From: Centroscyllium fabricii
Lineage: Eukaryota
Length of the DNA stretch: 64,000 nt
Reading direction: 5' to 3'
NCBI GenBank assembly: GCA_051313645.2
Contig: JBNRSN020000028.1
Span: forward strand, 46,128,001 to 46,192,000
Position numbers and translations under genes: made by a program. Positions 50,385 through 62,199 of this stretch are shown here, one piece after another (positions within the stretch are counted from its first letter, which is position 1; each line of letters begins with the position of its first letter). The notes under the pieces were generated by a model. That model saw nothing but the letters and a program-made list of their open reading frames with translations. It was not told where the DNA came from and did no database searches.

Positions 50385-52738
50385 TGTAACGGTGGGGTGT
50401 GGGGCCCAAATGCGAAAACACTGAAGAGGCTGTCTAGAGCTTGAACTCCTTTATTCAATATAAATTACAGAAAACCTAATCAAATACATCCATACCATAC
50501 AAAATATATAACATATAACACAAGTCTTCACTGAAGACTGGCACGAGCTTAATACAGAAAACTGAACCCTCGGGACACTCAGGAAAGAGTATCTCAATGA
50601 CAGAAAGGGCCTCATATATAGTAGTAATGAAAAGTCCAAATATCTGAGTACAGCTGATTACAAACAATGTCCAACAGTACCCCCAGGACACTCGGCCAAG
50701 AGCATCCCTGGATATAGTCTTCCTCGGTGAAGTAGGAAACAGGAGCAGAAATGAAATGTCCAAATATCTGAGCACCGGTAATAAAAGGCAATGTCCAGAA
50801 TAAGTAATGGAACTCTCCCAGAGTCCGCCCTACAGCTGGGACTCATCTCTACCAGAGTCTTCAGAACGAGAAATCCATTATTCAACTAGCAGGGAAAGGC
50901 CCTACCAACACAGCCTTCATCGGAGCTCTAGAGATTCAGATCATAACAAGCAATGTCCATAAAGTATAAATGGAAAGTCCAAACCTGATTACAGGTGATG
51001 AAGAACAGTGTCCAGAATGTAGAATTTAGGAATCTTCCAGAGTCCGCCCTTCAATAGGGACTCACTCTACCAGAGTCTTCAGAAGGAGAAATCCATATCC
51101 AGGAATCTTCCAGAGTCCGCCCTACAGCAGGGACTCACTCTACATGAGTCTTCAGAAGGAGAAATCCAAATCCACCAGCTAACTGCCTCCCACGGAGCTA
51201 GAAACACCTCTGTGTGTCCTAGTACTGCCAAACTTGTTACAAGCTACTTGGTAGAATAAAGTAGTAATGATCCGGCGACTCCCTGGTCAAAGCACCCAGC
51301 TTATAAGCCGATCAGGCAAACAAGATTCATTAGTGCAAACCAATAAGATGCAGGTATTGAGAACCAGGAACACACAGGTATGTGAACAGTTAATTGAGAT
51401 ACAATGAACCAAAACAGAGAACAAAACATAGAATTCCAAAATGGATTCCTTAAAGGGGAATTCCCATCTGTGACAGAACCCCCCCCCCCCCTCAAAGGAT
51501 GACTGCTGACGTCCTAAGTACCCAAATGCCGAAATAGGGTGGGTGGAGGGGAGCGGAAGAGGGACAAACCGTCCTCCAGGAATAAAGGAATCCGAGGAGT
51601 GCTAGACGCTTCAGTGTCTGCTGGGCCCCCATTTTGGCCGGATCATTCTGTAACGGTGGGGTGTGGGGCCCAAATGCGAAAACACTGAAGAGGCTGTCTA
51701 GAGCTTGAACTCCTTTATTTAATATAAATTACAGAAAACCTAATCAAATACATCCATACCATACAAAATATATAACATATAACACAAGTCTTCACTGAAG
51801 ACTGGCACGAGCTTAATACAGAAAACTGAACCCTCGGGACACTCAGGAAAGAGTATCTCAATGACAGAAAGGGCCTCATATATAGTAGTAATGAAAAGTC
51901 CAAATATCTGAGTACAGCTGATTACAAACAATGTCCAACAGTACCCCCAGGACACTCGGCCAAGAGCATCCCTGGATATAGTCTTCCTCGGTGAAGTAGG
52001 AAACAGGAGCAGAAATGAAATGTCCAAATATCTGAGCACCGGTAATAAAAGGCAATGTCCAGAATAAGCAATGGAACTCTCCCAGAGTCCGCCCTACAGC
52101 TGGGACTCATCTCTACCAGAGTCTTCAGAAGGAGAAATCCATTATTCAAATAGCAGGGAAAAGCCCTACCAACACAGCCTCCATCGGAGCTCTAGAGTTT
52201 CAGATCATAACAAGCAATGTCCATAAAGTATAAATGGAAAGTCCAAACCTGATTACAGGTGATGAAGAACAGTGTCCAGAATGTAGAATTTAGGAATCTT
52301 CCAGAGTCCGCCCTTCAACAGGGACTCACTCTACCAGAGTCTTCAGAAGGAGAAATCCATATCCAGGAATCTTCCAGAGTCTGCCCTTCAACAGGGACTC
52401 ACTCTACCAGAGTCTTCAGAAGAAGAAATCCAAATCCACCAGCTTACTGCCTCCCACGGAGCTAGAAACACCTCTGTGTGTCCTAGTACTGCAAAGTTGT
52501 TACAAGCTACTGATAGTATAAAGTAGTATAATGATCCGGCGACTCACTGGTCAAAGCACCCAGCTTATAAGCTGAGCAAGCAAACACGATTCATTAGTGC
52601 TACCCAATAAGATGCCGGTATTGAGAACCAGGAACACACAGGTATGTGAACAGTTAATTGAGGTTCAATGAACCAAAACAGAGAACAAAACCCTAAAATT
52701 CAAAATGGATTCCTTAAAGGGGAATGCCATCTGTGACA
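50385..52738 (-). mobile_element. Non-autonomous LTR retrotransposon: two ~1.09-kb LTRs (50385-51475, 51649-52738) and a 173-bp internal region
   Basis: TG..CA ends; TSD GGTAC (50380-50384, 52739-52743); PPT (C-run at 51479-51491 on +); internal DNA similar to the pol end at 26632-26730. Confidence 0.93.
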
Positions 52739-55700
52739 GGTACAGGAAGTTGATCTTCCTGTAAAATTGGGATGCTTGTTTTTCAGTTACAGGAATGGCA
52801 CCTGCCAGTAAATTCGGATCTTTATGTTTCTGGCACAATCAGTTAATCTGTCAATAAATTGTGATGTTTCTGTCTCTGATACCGAAGGTTCACCTGTCAT
52901 TAAATTGGGATTTTTGTTTCTCGGTAAGAGCAAGGTCACCTGTCAGTAAATTGTGATGTTTGACTCTCTGGCACAGGAAGCTCAACTGTCCGTAAATTGG
53001 GATGTTTGTGCATCTGCGACAGGAAGATCAGCTGTCGCTATACTGGGATGTTGTTGTCGCGGGTATGGGAAGGTCACCTGTCCGTAAATTGTGATGTGTT
53101 TGTGACTGGAGCAGGAAGGTCAACTGTCTGTAAAGTTGGGATGCTTGTATTTCTGGTACAGGAATGACACCTGCCTCTAAATTGGGATCTTTGTGCTTCT
53201 CGCACAATCAGTTAATCTTTCAATAAATTTGGATATTTGTATCTCTGATATCAGAGGTTCACCTGTCATTACATTGGCATGTCTGTGTCTCGGTAAGAGG
53301 AAGGTCACCTATCAGTAAATTGGGATGTTTGTCTCTCTGGTACAGGAATCTCACCTGTCAGTAAATTGGGAAATTGGTGTCTCTGGTACCGGGAGGACAC
53401 CTGTCAGTACATTGAGAATGTTTTTGTGCCTGGTACAGGAATCTCACTTGTCAGTAAATTTGGATATTTGTGTGTCTGGTACAGGAAGGTCACATGTCAG
53501 TAAAATGGGACGTATATGTCTCTGGGACAGGAGATTCAGCTGTCGGTATACTGGGATGCTTGTGTCTCGGGTGTGTGAAGGTCACCATGTCAGTAAAGTG
53601 GTATGTTATTGTGTCTGGTACAGGGAGTTCACCTGTCTGTAAAATTGGGATCTTTTTGTTTCTGGCAACATCAATTAATCTGTCAAAAAATTGGGATGTT
53701 GGTGTCTCTGATACCGGAGGTTCACCTGTCATTAAATTGGGATGCTTGTGTCTCGGTAAGAGGAAGGTTACCTGTCAGTAAATTGTGATGATTTTGTATC
53801 TGGTACAGGATGGTCATATGACAGTATATTGGGATGTTTCAGTCTCTGGTACAGGAAGGACACCTGTAAGTAAATTGGGATTTGTGTGTCTCTGGTAAAA
53901 AGAAATGTCACCTCTCATTAAATTTGGATATTTGTCTCTCTGGTATAAGAAGTTCAACTTTCAGTATATTGGGATGTTTGTGTCTCTAGTACAGTAAGGT
54001 CACCTGTCGGTATAATGGGATGATACTGTCTCTGGTACAGGACGGTCACACAAACGCCCCAATTAACTGACTGTTGTCCTTCCTCTGCCAGAGATGCAAC
54101 CATCCCAATTTACTGACAGGTGAACTACCTGTACCAGTGACAGTAACATCCCAATTTACTGACAGGAGACCATTCAGTACCAGAGAATATCTCGTCTAAA
54201 TATACTCGCAGGTTTTCTATGTTTCTACGAAGCTCACCTGTCATTAAATTGGGATGTTTGTTTCTCTGGTACAGGATGATCACCTGTCAGTAAATTGCGA
54301 TGTTTGTGTCTGTGCTACAGGAAGGTCACCAGTGAGTATATTTAGATGATATTTTCTCTGGTATTGGATGGTCACCCCTCAGTAAATTGGAATGTTTGTG
54401 TCTCTAGTACAGGAAGGGCACCTGTCAGTAAATTGAGATGTTTGTGTGTCTGGTGCAGGAAGGTCACCTGTCAGTAAATCGGGATGTTTGTGTCTCTAGT
54501 ACAGTAAGGTCACCTGTCAGTAAATTGGGATATTGTTGTCTCTGGTACAGGAAGGGCACCTGTCCGTAAATTAAGATCTTCGTGTCTCTTGTAGAGGAAG
54601 GCCACCTCTCAGTAAATTGGGATGTTCGTGTCTCTGACAATGGAATGTCACCTGTCAGAAAAGTTGGATATTTGTGTCACTGATGCAGGAAGTTCACCTG
54701 TCAGTAAATTGTAATGTTTGAGTCTCGGGCGTGTGAAGGTCACCATGTCAGTAAAGTGGTATGTTATTGCGTCTGGTACAGGAAGTTCACCTGTCTGTAA
54801 AATTGGGCTTTTTGTGTTTCTGGCACAATCAATTAATCTGTCAATAAATTGGGATGTTTGTGTCTCTGATACCGGAGGTTTACCTGTCATTAATTTGGCA
54901 TGTTTCTGTCTCGGTAAGAGGAAAGTCACCTGTCAGTAAATTGTGATGATTTTGTCTCTGGTACAGGATGGTCATATGTCAGTATATTGGGATGTCTCAG
55001 TCCGTGTTATATGAAGGACACCTGTAAGTAAATTGCGATTTTGTGTCTCTGGTACAAAAATGTCACCTGTCATTGAAGTTGGATATTTGTCTCTCTAGTA
55101 TAAGAAGCTCAACTTTCAGTATATTGGGATATTTTTGTCTCTGGTAGAGTAAGGTTACCTGGGAGTATATCGGTGTGTTTGTGTCTCATGTACAGGAAGG
55201 ACACCTGTCAGTATATTGTGATGATACTATCTCTGGTACATGCCGGTCAACTTTCAGTAAATTGGGATTTTTGTGTCTCTGGCAGAGTAAGGTCAACTCT
55301 CAGTATATTGGGATGATACTGTCTCTAGTAAAGGAAGGTCACACAAACACCCCAATTAACTGTCAGTTGACCTTCCTCTAACAGATATGCAAATATCCCA
55401 ATTTATTGACAAGTGAACTTCCTGTACCAGTGACAGAAACATCGCAATTAACTGACTGTTGAACTTCCTCTACCAGATATGCAAACATCCCAATTTACTG
55501 ACGGGGGAACTACCTGTACCAGTGACAGTAACATCCCAATTTACTGACAGGAGACCATTCAGTACCAGAGAATATCTCGTCTAAATATACTCGCAGGTTT
55601 TCTATGTTTCTACGAAGCTCACCTGTCATTAAATTGGGATGTTTGTTTCTCTGGTACAGGATGATCACCTGTCAGTAAATTGCGATGTTTGTGTCTGTGC

Positions 55701-57225
55701 TACAGGAAGGTCACCAGTGAGTATATTTAGATGATATTTTCTCTGGTATTGGATGGTCACCCCTCAGTAAATTGGAATGTTTGTGTCTCTAGTACAGGAA
55801 GGGCACCTGTCAGTAAATTGAGATGTTTGTGTGTCTGGTGCAGGAAGGTCACCTGTCAGTAAATCGGGATGTTTGTGTCTCTAGTACAGTAAGGTCACCT
55901 GTCAGTAAATTGGGATATTGTTGTCTCTGATACAGGAAGGGCACCTGTCCGTAAATTAAGATATTCGTGTCTCTTGTAGAGGAAGGCCACCTCTCAGTAA
56001 ATTGGGATGTTTGTGTCTCTGACAATGGAATGTCACCTGTCAGAAAAGTTGGATATTTGTGTCACTGATGCAGGAAGTTCACCTGTCAGTAAATTGTAAT
56101 GTTTGAGTCTCGGGCGTGTGAAGGTCACCATGTCAGGAAAGTGGTATGTTATTGCGTCTGGTACAGGAAGTTCACCTGTCTGTAAAATTGGGCTTTTTGT
56201 GTTTCTGGCACAATCAATTAATCTGTCAATAAATTGGGATGTTTGTGTCTCTGATACCGGAGGTTTACCTGTCATTAATTTGGCATGTTTCTGTCTCGGT
56301 AAGAATAAATTGTGATGATTTTGTCTCTGGTACAGGATGGTCATATGTCAGTATATTGGGATGTCTCAGTCCGTGTTATATGAAGGACACCTGTAAGTAA
56401 ATTGCGATTTTGTGTCTCTGGTACAAAAATGTCACCTGTCATTGAAGTTGGATATTTGTCTCTCTAGTATAAGAAGCTCAACTTTCAGTATATTGGGATA
56501 TTTTTGTCTCTGGTAGAGTAAGGTTACCTGGGAGTATATCGGTGTGTTTGTGTCTCATGTACAGGAAGGACACCTGTCAGTATATTGTGATGATACTATC
56601 TCTGGTACATGCCGGTCAACTTTCAGTAAATTGGGATTTTTGTGTCTCTGGCAGAGTAAGGTCAACTCTCAGTATATTGGGATGATACTGTCTCTAGTAA
56701 AGGAAGGTCACACAAACACCCCAATTAACTGTCAGTTGACCTTCCTCTACCAGATATGCAAATATCCCAATTTATTGACAAGTGAACTTCCTGTACCAGT
56801 GACAGAAACATCGCAATTAACTGACTGTTGAACTTCCTCTACCAGATATGCAAACATCCCAATTTACTGACGGGGTAACTACCTGTACCAGTTACAGTAA
56901 CATCCCAATTTACTGACAGGAGACCATCCAGTACCACAGAATGCATCGTCTAAATATACTCACAGGTTTTCTATGTTTCTACGAAGTTCACCTGTTATTA
57001 AATTGGGATGTTTGTTTCTCTGGTATAGGATGATCACCTGTCAGTAAATTGAATTGTTTGTGTCTGTGCTACAGGAAGGACACCTGTGAGTATATTTAGA
57101 TAATAATTTCTCTGGTATTGGATGGTCACCTCTCAGTAAATTCGAATGTTTGTGTCTCTGATACAGGAAGGTCACCTGTCAGTAAATTGAGTTATTTGTG
57201 TCTCTGGTACAGGAAGGTCACCTTA

Positions 57226-57628
57226 GGGTGGCATGGTGGCATAGTGGTTAGCAAAGCTGCCTTACAGCACTAGAGACCCGGGTTCAAATCCAGCCTCGGG
57301 TACTGTCTCTGTGGAGTTTGCACATTCTCCCCGTGTCTGCATGGGTTTCCTCCGGGTGCTCCGGTTTCCTCCCACAGTCCAAAGATGTGCGGGTTAGGTT
57401 GATTGGCTATGATAAACTGACCCTTAGTGTTAGGGGGATTGAATATGTGGGGTTACGCGGATAGGGTGGGATGTGTGTCGGTGCAGGTTCGATAGGGATC
57501 GAGGGATATGGGGAAAAGGCAGGGACAGGGTACTAGGTTTGGATGATCAGCCATGATCTCATTGAATGGCGGAGCAGGCTCGAAGGGCCAAATGGCCTAC
57601 TCCTGCTCCTATCTTCTATGTTTCTATG
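57226..57628 (+). mobile_element. Full-length HE1-like SINE in the satellite
   Basis: A/B boxes, tggagtttgcacattctcccc central domain, (tttctatg)n tail; matches the reverse complement of 11720-12128. Confidence 0.9.
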
Positions 57629-58329
57629 TCAGTAAATTGTGATGTGTGTGTCTCTGGTACAGCAAGGTCAGCTGTCAGTAAATTGAGATGTTTGTGTGTC
57701 TTGTGCAGGAAGGTCACCTGTCAGTAAATCGGGATATTGTTGTCTCTGGTACAGGAAGGACACCTGTCAGTAAATTAAGATGTTTGTGTCTCTCGTACAG
57801 GAAGTCCCCCTCTCAGTAAATTGGGATGTTTGTGTCTTCAGTATAAGAATCGCAGCTTTCAGTAAATTGGGATGTTAGTGCCTCTGATACTGGAATGTCA
57901 CCTGTTAGAAAATGTGGATATTTGTGTCACTGGTACAGAAAGGTCACCTGTCAGTAAATTGGGATGTTTGTGCCTCTGTTACAGGGAAGTCTCCTGTCAG
58001 AAAATTGTGATATTTGTGTCTGCGCTACATGTAGGTCATCTGTCAGTAAATTGGACTGTTTTTGTCTCTGGTACTTGAAGTTCACCTGTCATTACATTGC
58101 GATGGTTTCTTTCTCTGGTACTGTCTGATGGCCAGTCCCATTAATCGTGGGCTTTGTTCCTCATGATTATGCCTATATGGCAGTTTGTGAATATCAGCGT
58201 TACACTAAATTATTGATGGTGATTGTTAGATATCCATAAGTTTTAGATATGCATGATCTTGGGAGTTGTGTGGCACTGCCAACACAGCAATTACTACTCC
58301 TCACTATTTTCTGTATGATTACATCTGTT

Positions 58330-59275
58330 GAACATCACAGAAAACAGCCCATTCCGCTCAATCTGCCCAGGCCGGAGTTTATGCTCCACTCTCGCCTCCA
58401 CCTGTAATTCCTCATCAAACTATCGGCATAACCCTCTATTCCCTTCCGCGGGAAGTGCTCATCTCGCCTCTCCTTCAGTGCATCTATACTATTCACTTCA
58501 ACCACTCGTTGTGGGAGAGAGTTCCTCATTCTCCCCATTCTCTGGGTATGAACTTTCTTCTGAATTCCCAATTTGATTTCATGGTTCCTTTCTTATATTG
58601 GTGACCTCTAGAGCTAGTCTTATCCACAAATAGAAACGCAGTTTCTGTATCTACTCATTCAGAACCTTTTACAATTTTAAAGACCCCTATTAGGTCACCA
58701 CTTTGCCTTCCTTTTTCAAGGGAAAAGAGACCCAGCCTGTTCACCCTTCCATGCCATACCCTTTCATTCCAGCGATCATCATTATATATCTGCTTTGAAC
58801 CCACACCAGTGCCACTATATCGTTTTTGTAATATGGCGACCAGAATTACCCAGAATCCAAGTGTGATCTGACAATTGTTATGCATCTTGAGCATATCTTC
58901 ACTAATTTACAATTACATCGCTCTAGAAATAAAACCCAGTGGTGTTTTATAGCCGTATTAACCTTATTAGCTACGTTTAGTAATATGTGTATTTGTACTC
59001 CGAGATCAAATTAATCCTCTACCCCACACAGACTCGCAGCCTTCAAGTGACAAGTGACCTCCCTACTCTTCCTACCAAAATGTAATACGTCTCATTGAGT
59101 TTTTTTGTAATTTATTTGACAACTAGATGCCCATTTTTCAAGTTTAGTAATTTATTCCTGTAATTTATTCCGGTCCTCCTGAATATTCACTATGCTAACA
59201 ATTTGGTGTCATCTGCAAATGTTGAAATTGTGTGTTTGATTCCAAAGTCTAAATTGCTAAAACATATCGTGTCCA
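58330..59275 (-). mobile_element. Old CR1 3' part
   Basis: NRLGLFSLEKGRQSGDLIGVFKIVKG; RNSLPQRVVEVNSIDA; tttgcagatgacaccaaatt. Confidence 0.8.
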
Positions 59276-59486
59276 ATTAGTGTGACCAATTTATCATGCC
59301 CGTACAAAGAGTCATTTGTTTAGTGTGGGACTGGAAAACATGTAGGCCAGACAATGTAGGATGGGCGGATCCCTTTACTGTCTCACAGTACAGCAATGCA
59401 GCAGAATTCATGTCTATTTGACCTGGTGACAACACATAAATAGACACATTTATTGAATTCACCTGTTCTGGAACCATAACATGCCG

Positions 59487-59505
59487 AGAGCGCCCTCTAG
59501 TGGTA
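59487..59505 (-). promoter_or_regulatory. Candidate CTCF-binding site
   Basis: Minus strand reads CCACTAGAGGGCGC (59490-59503), a near-consensus CTCF core, in non-repeat DNA. Confidence 0.6.
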
Positions 59506-60152
59506 AACGTTGGCAGTGCTCACTAGCAGGCAATTCCTGAAAAGAAAATGTGCCCTCTGAACACGACCTGGCAACACAGGAAGTAGTATTGGACGAAGCT
59601 GCTTCCTGGACTGCAGTTCAGACAGAGCACGGTGGCCACGCTTCTGCTATCCACACCCATCCTCTATCTCAGTGTCGGGCAAATCACAATATTTGTGATT
59701 AGCCTTACTTAATAGCATGCAAACTACATCATCCATGCGATATTTTGTCGACATCTTGTAAATAAGAAGGTTATTATCTGCCAGATATTAAGGATGCCGT
59801 TTATTTCTGTAGTTACACATTTATCTGTATTAAGTGGTCTATTGTGTTCACATGGACCTGTTTTTGCATTATCTGTAGCCCCTAGTGACCAGTATTTACC
59901 TCTATATAAAGAACACACTTTGTTTTGTTACAGTTTCACAATTTTATTCGAGTAAAGCTTCAAAACAGACACCGCCCGTCTCTGGAGGAGTTATTTGAAT
60001 AAGTGTTTAGCTGGCTGAAGAACCCAGACCGTCACCATGTCTGGCAGAGATCAGTGCATCACCTGATATCAATAAGATTGTTTCCCAAACTCTGAAGCAG
60101 TGAATGGACAATTCTTACAATGCAGAATTAAGTCCTGGGGTTTATACATTCA

Positions 60153-61054
60153 TTATTGTATTAATTTACCCAGTATATTCAGTGGATATGTGACCGCGTT
60201 CTTTAACTCCATTCTGAACTTACTCTGAGTCACTGCATAAATAAAGGTGTTGGTGCAAGAACTCAATAGCTGAAGCATATTTCCGCTTTCTTGCAGAATA
60301 AATTTGGGGTCACTGAAGCCTTTGATTTTATACTCAATTGTAAAACGCTGAAAAAAGAAATCGACAACATACGTCATCCACAACAGGATGAAACTGCCCG
60401 AGATGGTGAAGAGTAAGACGATAGACTTTCTCCGGCTCTCCATCTCTGGGTCACTCTGATTCTCTCCATTGCTGTGGGCTCGCAGTCTCCTGCGGGCTCT
60501 ACTGGCCGCTAGAATGTGTCTGACGGTCAGAACATTGAGCAGAAGAATCAACAGGAACGGGAGACATGGGGTTAGAATACGATCGAACCAGTCAAAGGCT
60601 CTCCATACGGGTGAGGTATAACGGATTTCTTTCAGTCTGCAATACCACGGGACATTATCAATGATGAACATGGGCTCGTGTATGAAGTACCAGGGGACGC
60701 TTTTCAGACATCCCAGCGCACAGACCGTTCCTATAACCACTGCCGCCGTTTTCTCGGTGCAATATTTTGTTTTCAACTTCTGGCAACAAATGGCCACAAA
60801 TCGATCGAAGGTGAAAGCGACCGTTAACCAGACCGAACTGTCTCTGGATGCATAAATCAGCGCAATACTGAGACTGCACACCGGGGTGATAGACAGGAAA
60901 CTACCTGGAAAATAAATACCCAGAATCCGGTTTAATATCACAGCGGTGAGAATGACCAGGAAATCCGTTACCGCCATGGACACCAAGTATCGAGTGATAC
61001 ATCCGGAGAGACCGCACCTTCCTCGGGATAGGATCACAATCGCCACTAAATTAA
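60153..61054 (-). CDS. GPR139/GPR142-like class A GPCR, gene 2, exon 2 (exon 1 not found, probably beyond the window)
   Basis: Intact frame with TFDRFVAICC, LTPCLPF, SDPEMESRRKS, NTFIY; acceptor tctctctcaccttcttgcag at 61055-61074, same position and phase as gene 1; AATAAA on the minus strand at 59943-59948. Confidence 0.92.
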
Positions 61055-61689
61055 CTGCAAGAAGGTGAGAGAGATGAAGAATTAGAGTAAACTCCTCTAA
61101 AAGTGTTAGGTTGACCGGAATTATGCAAATTTCGCAGCTTTGTTACTTGAAGCGATGAAAGACTTCTAATAATCCAAAGTGGAAGTGGGACAGACCGGAG
61201 AGCTCGGGTGAATAAAATTAATCATTTGTATTTTGTAATGGGGATCAATAAGGAAACAAAATCTATTCAAAGACATGTTTACGTTTCAAATGGATTAAAC
61301 CAGTGGACTGTCCAATGATAATTAAAATAACCGGAACCTGCCTGAGGAGGGTCAGAGCAGCGTTTGGAGGAAAGATGTCCGGAGCAGCGAGTGTGGAAGA
61401 CCAGGGAAGGACGGAACCAATGGTCGGGGTCATAAAACGGGACAGAAGCCCGGGATTAACGTGTTCCCGGAATAAGGCTTATTGATCAACTAGTCACTTA
61501 CTTCAAGGTTTCGAACTGTTGGCCTTTAGCTTATCTGCAATAAGTCGATTCTTTGAAGCCAATCAGTGTACAATAAATCACTAAATCATCTCAGCAATTG
61601 ATTGATATGTTGCATTGATTAATGCTGCATGTGTCAACAAATGGTTAACCTCGTCATTATTAATCCACAGTCAGTTATTCACACATTCT

Positions 61690-62066
61690 TTACATTCATC
61701 GGATGAGACGTTAAGCAGAGGCCCGGCTGCTCCGTCAGATGCATTGAAAAGATCCCATTGCACTATATCAAACAAAACCAGGGGAATTATCGCCGCTGTC
61801 CTGACCACTATTTATCCCTCAATTATATTTGATATACGGCCCAGAAACACGCCATTCCGCTCAACCAGTCCAGTCCAACATCACTAAAACAGATGATCTG
61901 GTCCTTTTCACATTGCTGTTTGTGAGAGCTTGCTGTGTGTAAACTGGCTGCCGCGTTTCCGACCTTACAACAGTTACCACACTTCACAAGCAATTCATTG
62001 GGTGTAAAACGCGTTTTGCCGGCCAGTGGTCGTGAATGTGGCTATATAAATGCATGTAGTTCTTTT
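61690..62066 (+). mobile_element. Deu-domain SINE (SacSINE1/AmnSINE1-like), 5'-truncated, with a small insert at ~61822-61872
   Basis: ggatgagacgttaa..aaaagatcccat..cacattgctgtttgtg..gcttgctgtg..tggctgccgcgtttcc; tail gctatataaatgca. Confidence 0.75.
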
Positions 62067-62199
62067 AAGCAGCCATCAATTATTTGTATAACTATGCGGA
62101 CTAATTTGAATTGCAGAAAATTGAGGCAAGTTTAAACAATTAAATTTAATTGAGTTGCTATAGCCATGCCTGTCAATTGATGCCACTTTGTTTTGAGTC

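Larger units (their letters stand above)
33470..58120 (+). repeat. 46-bp satellite array, consensus TCACCTGTCAGTAAATTGGGATGTTTGTGTCTCTGGTACAGGAAGG, roughly 460 diverged monomers with higher-order repeats
   Basis: Period 46 (gtcacc at 34751 and 34797); near-identical blocks offset by 2531, 4822, 7353 and ~1369-1385 bp, visible as repeated ORFs in the track. Confidence 0.98.

Noticed and set aside
57226-57300. tRNA-like sequences (also ~12050-12128 and 48165-48255)
   Set aside because: SINE heads continuous with SINE bodies and tails, not tRNA genes
33731-58078. Dozens of Cys/Val/Ser-rich ORFs (SLVQEGHLSVNWD, CLWYRK)
   Set aside because: Translations of the 46-bp satellite cycling through frames; frequent stops, no splice structure
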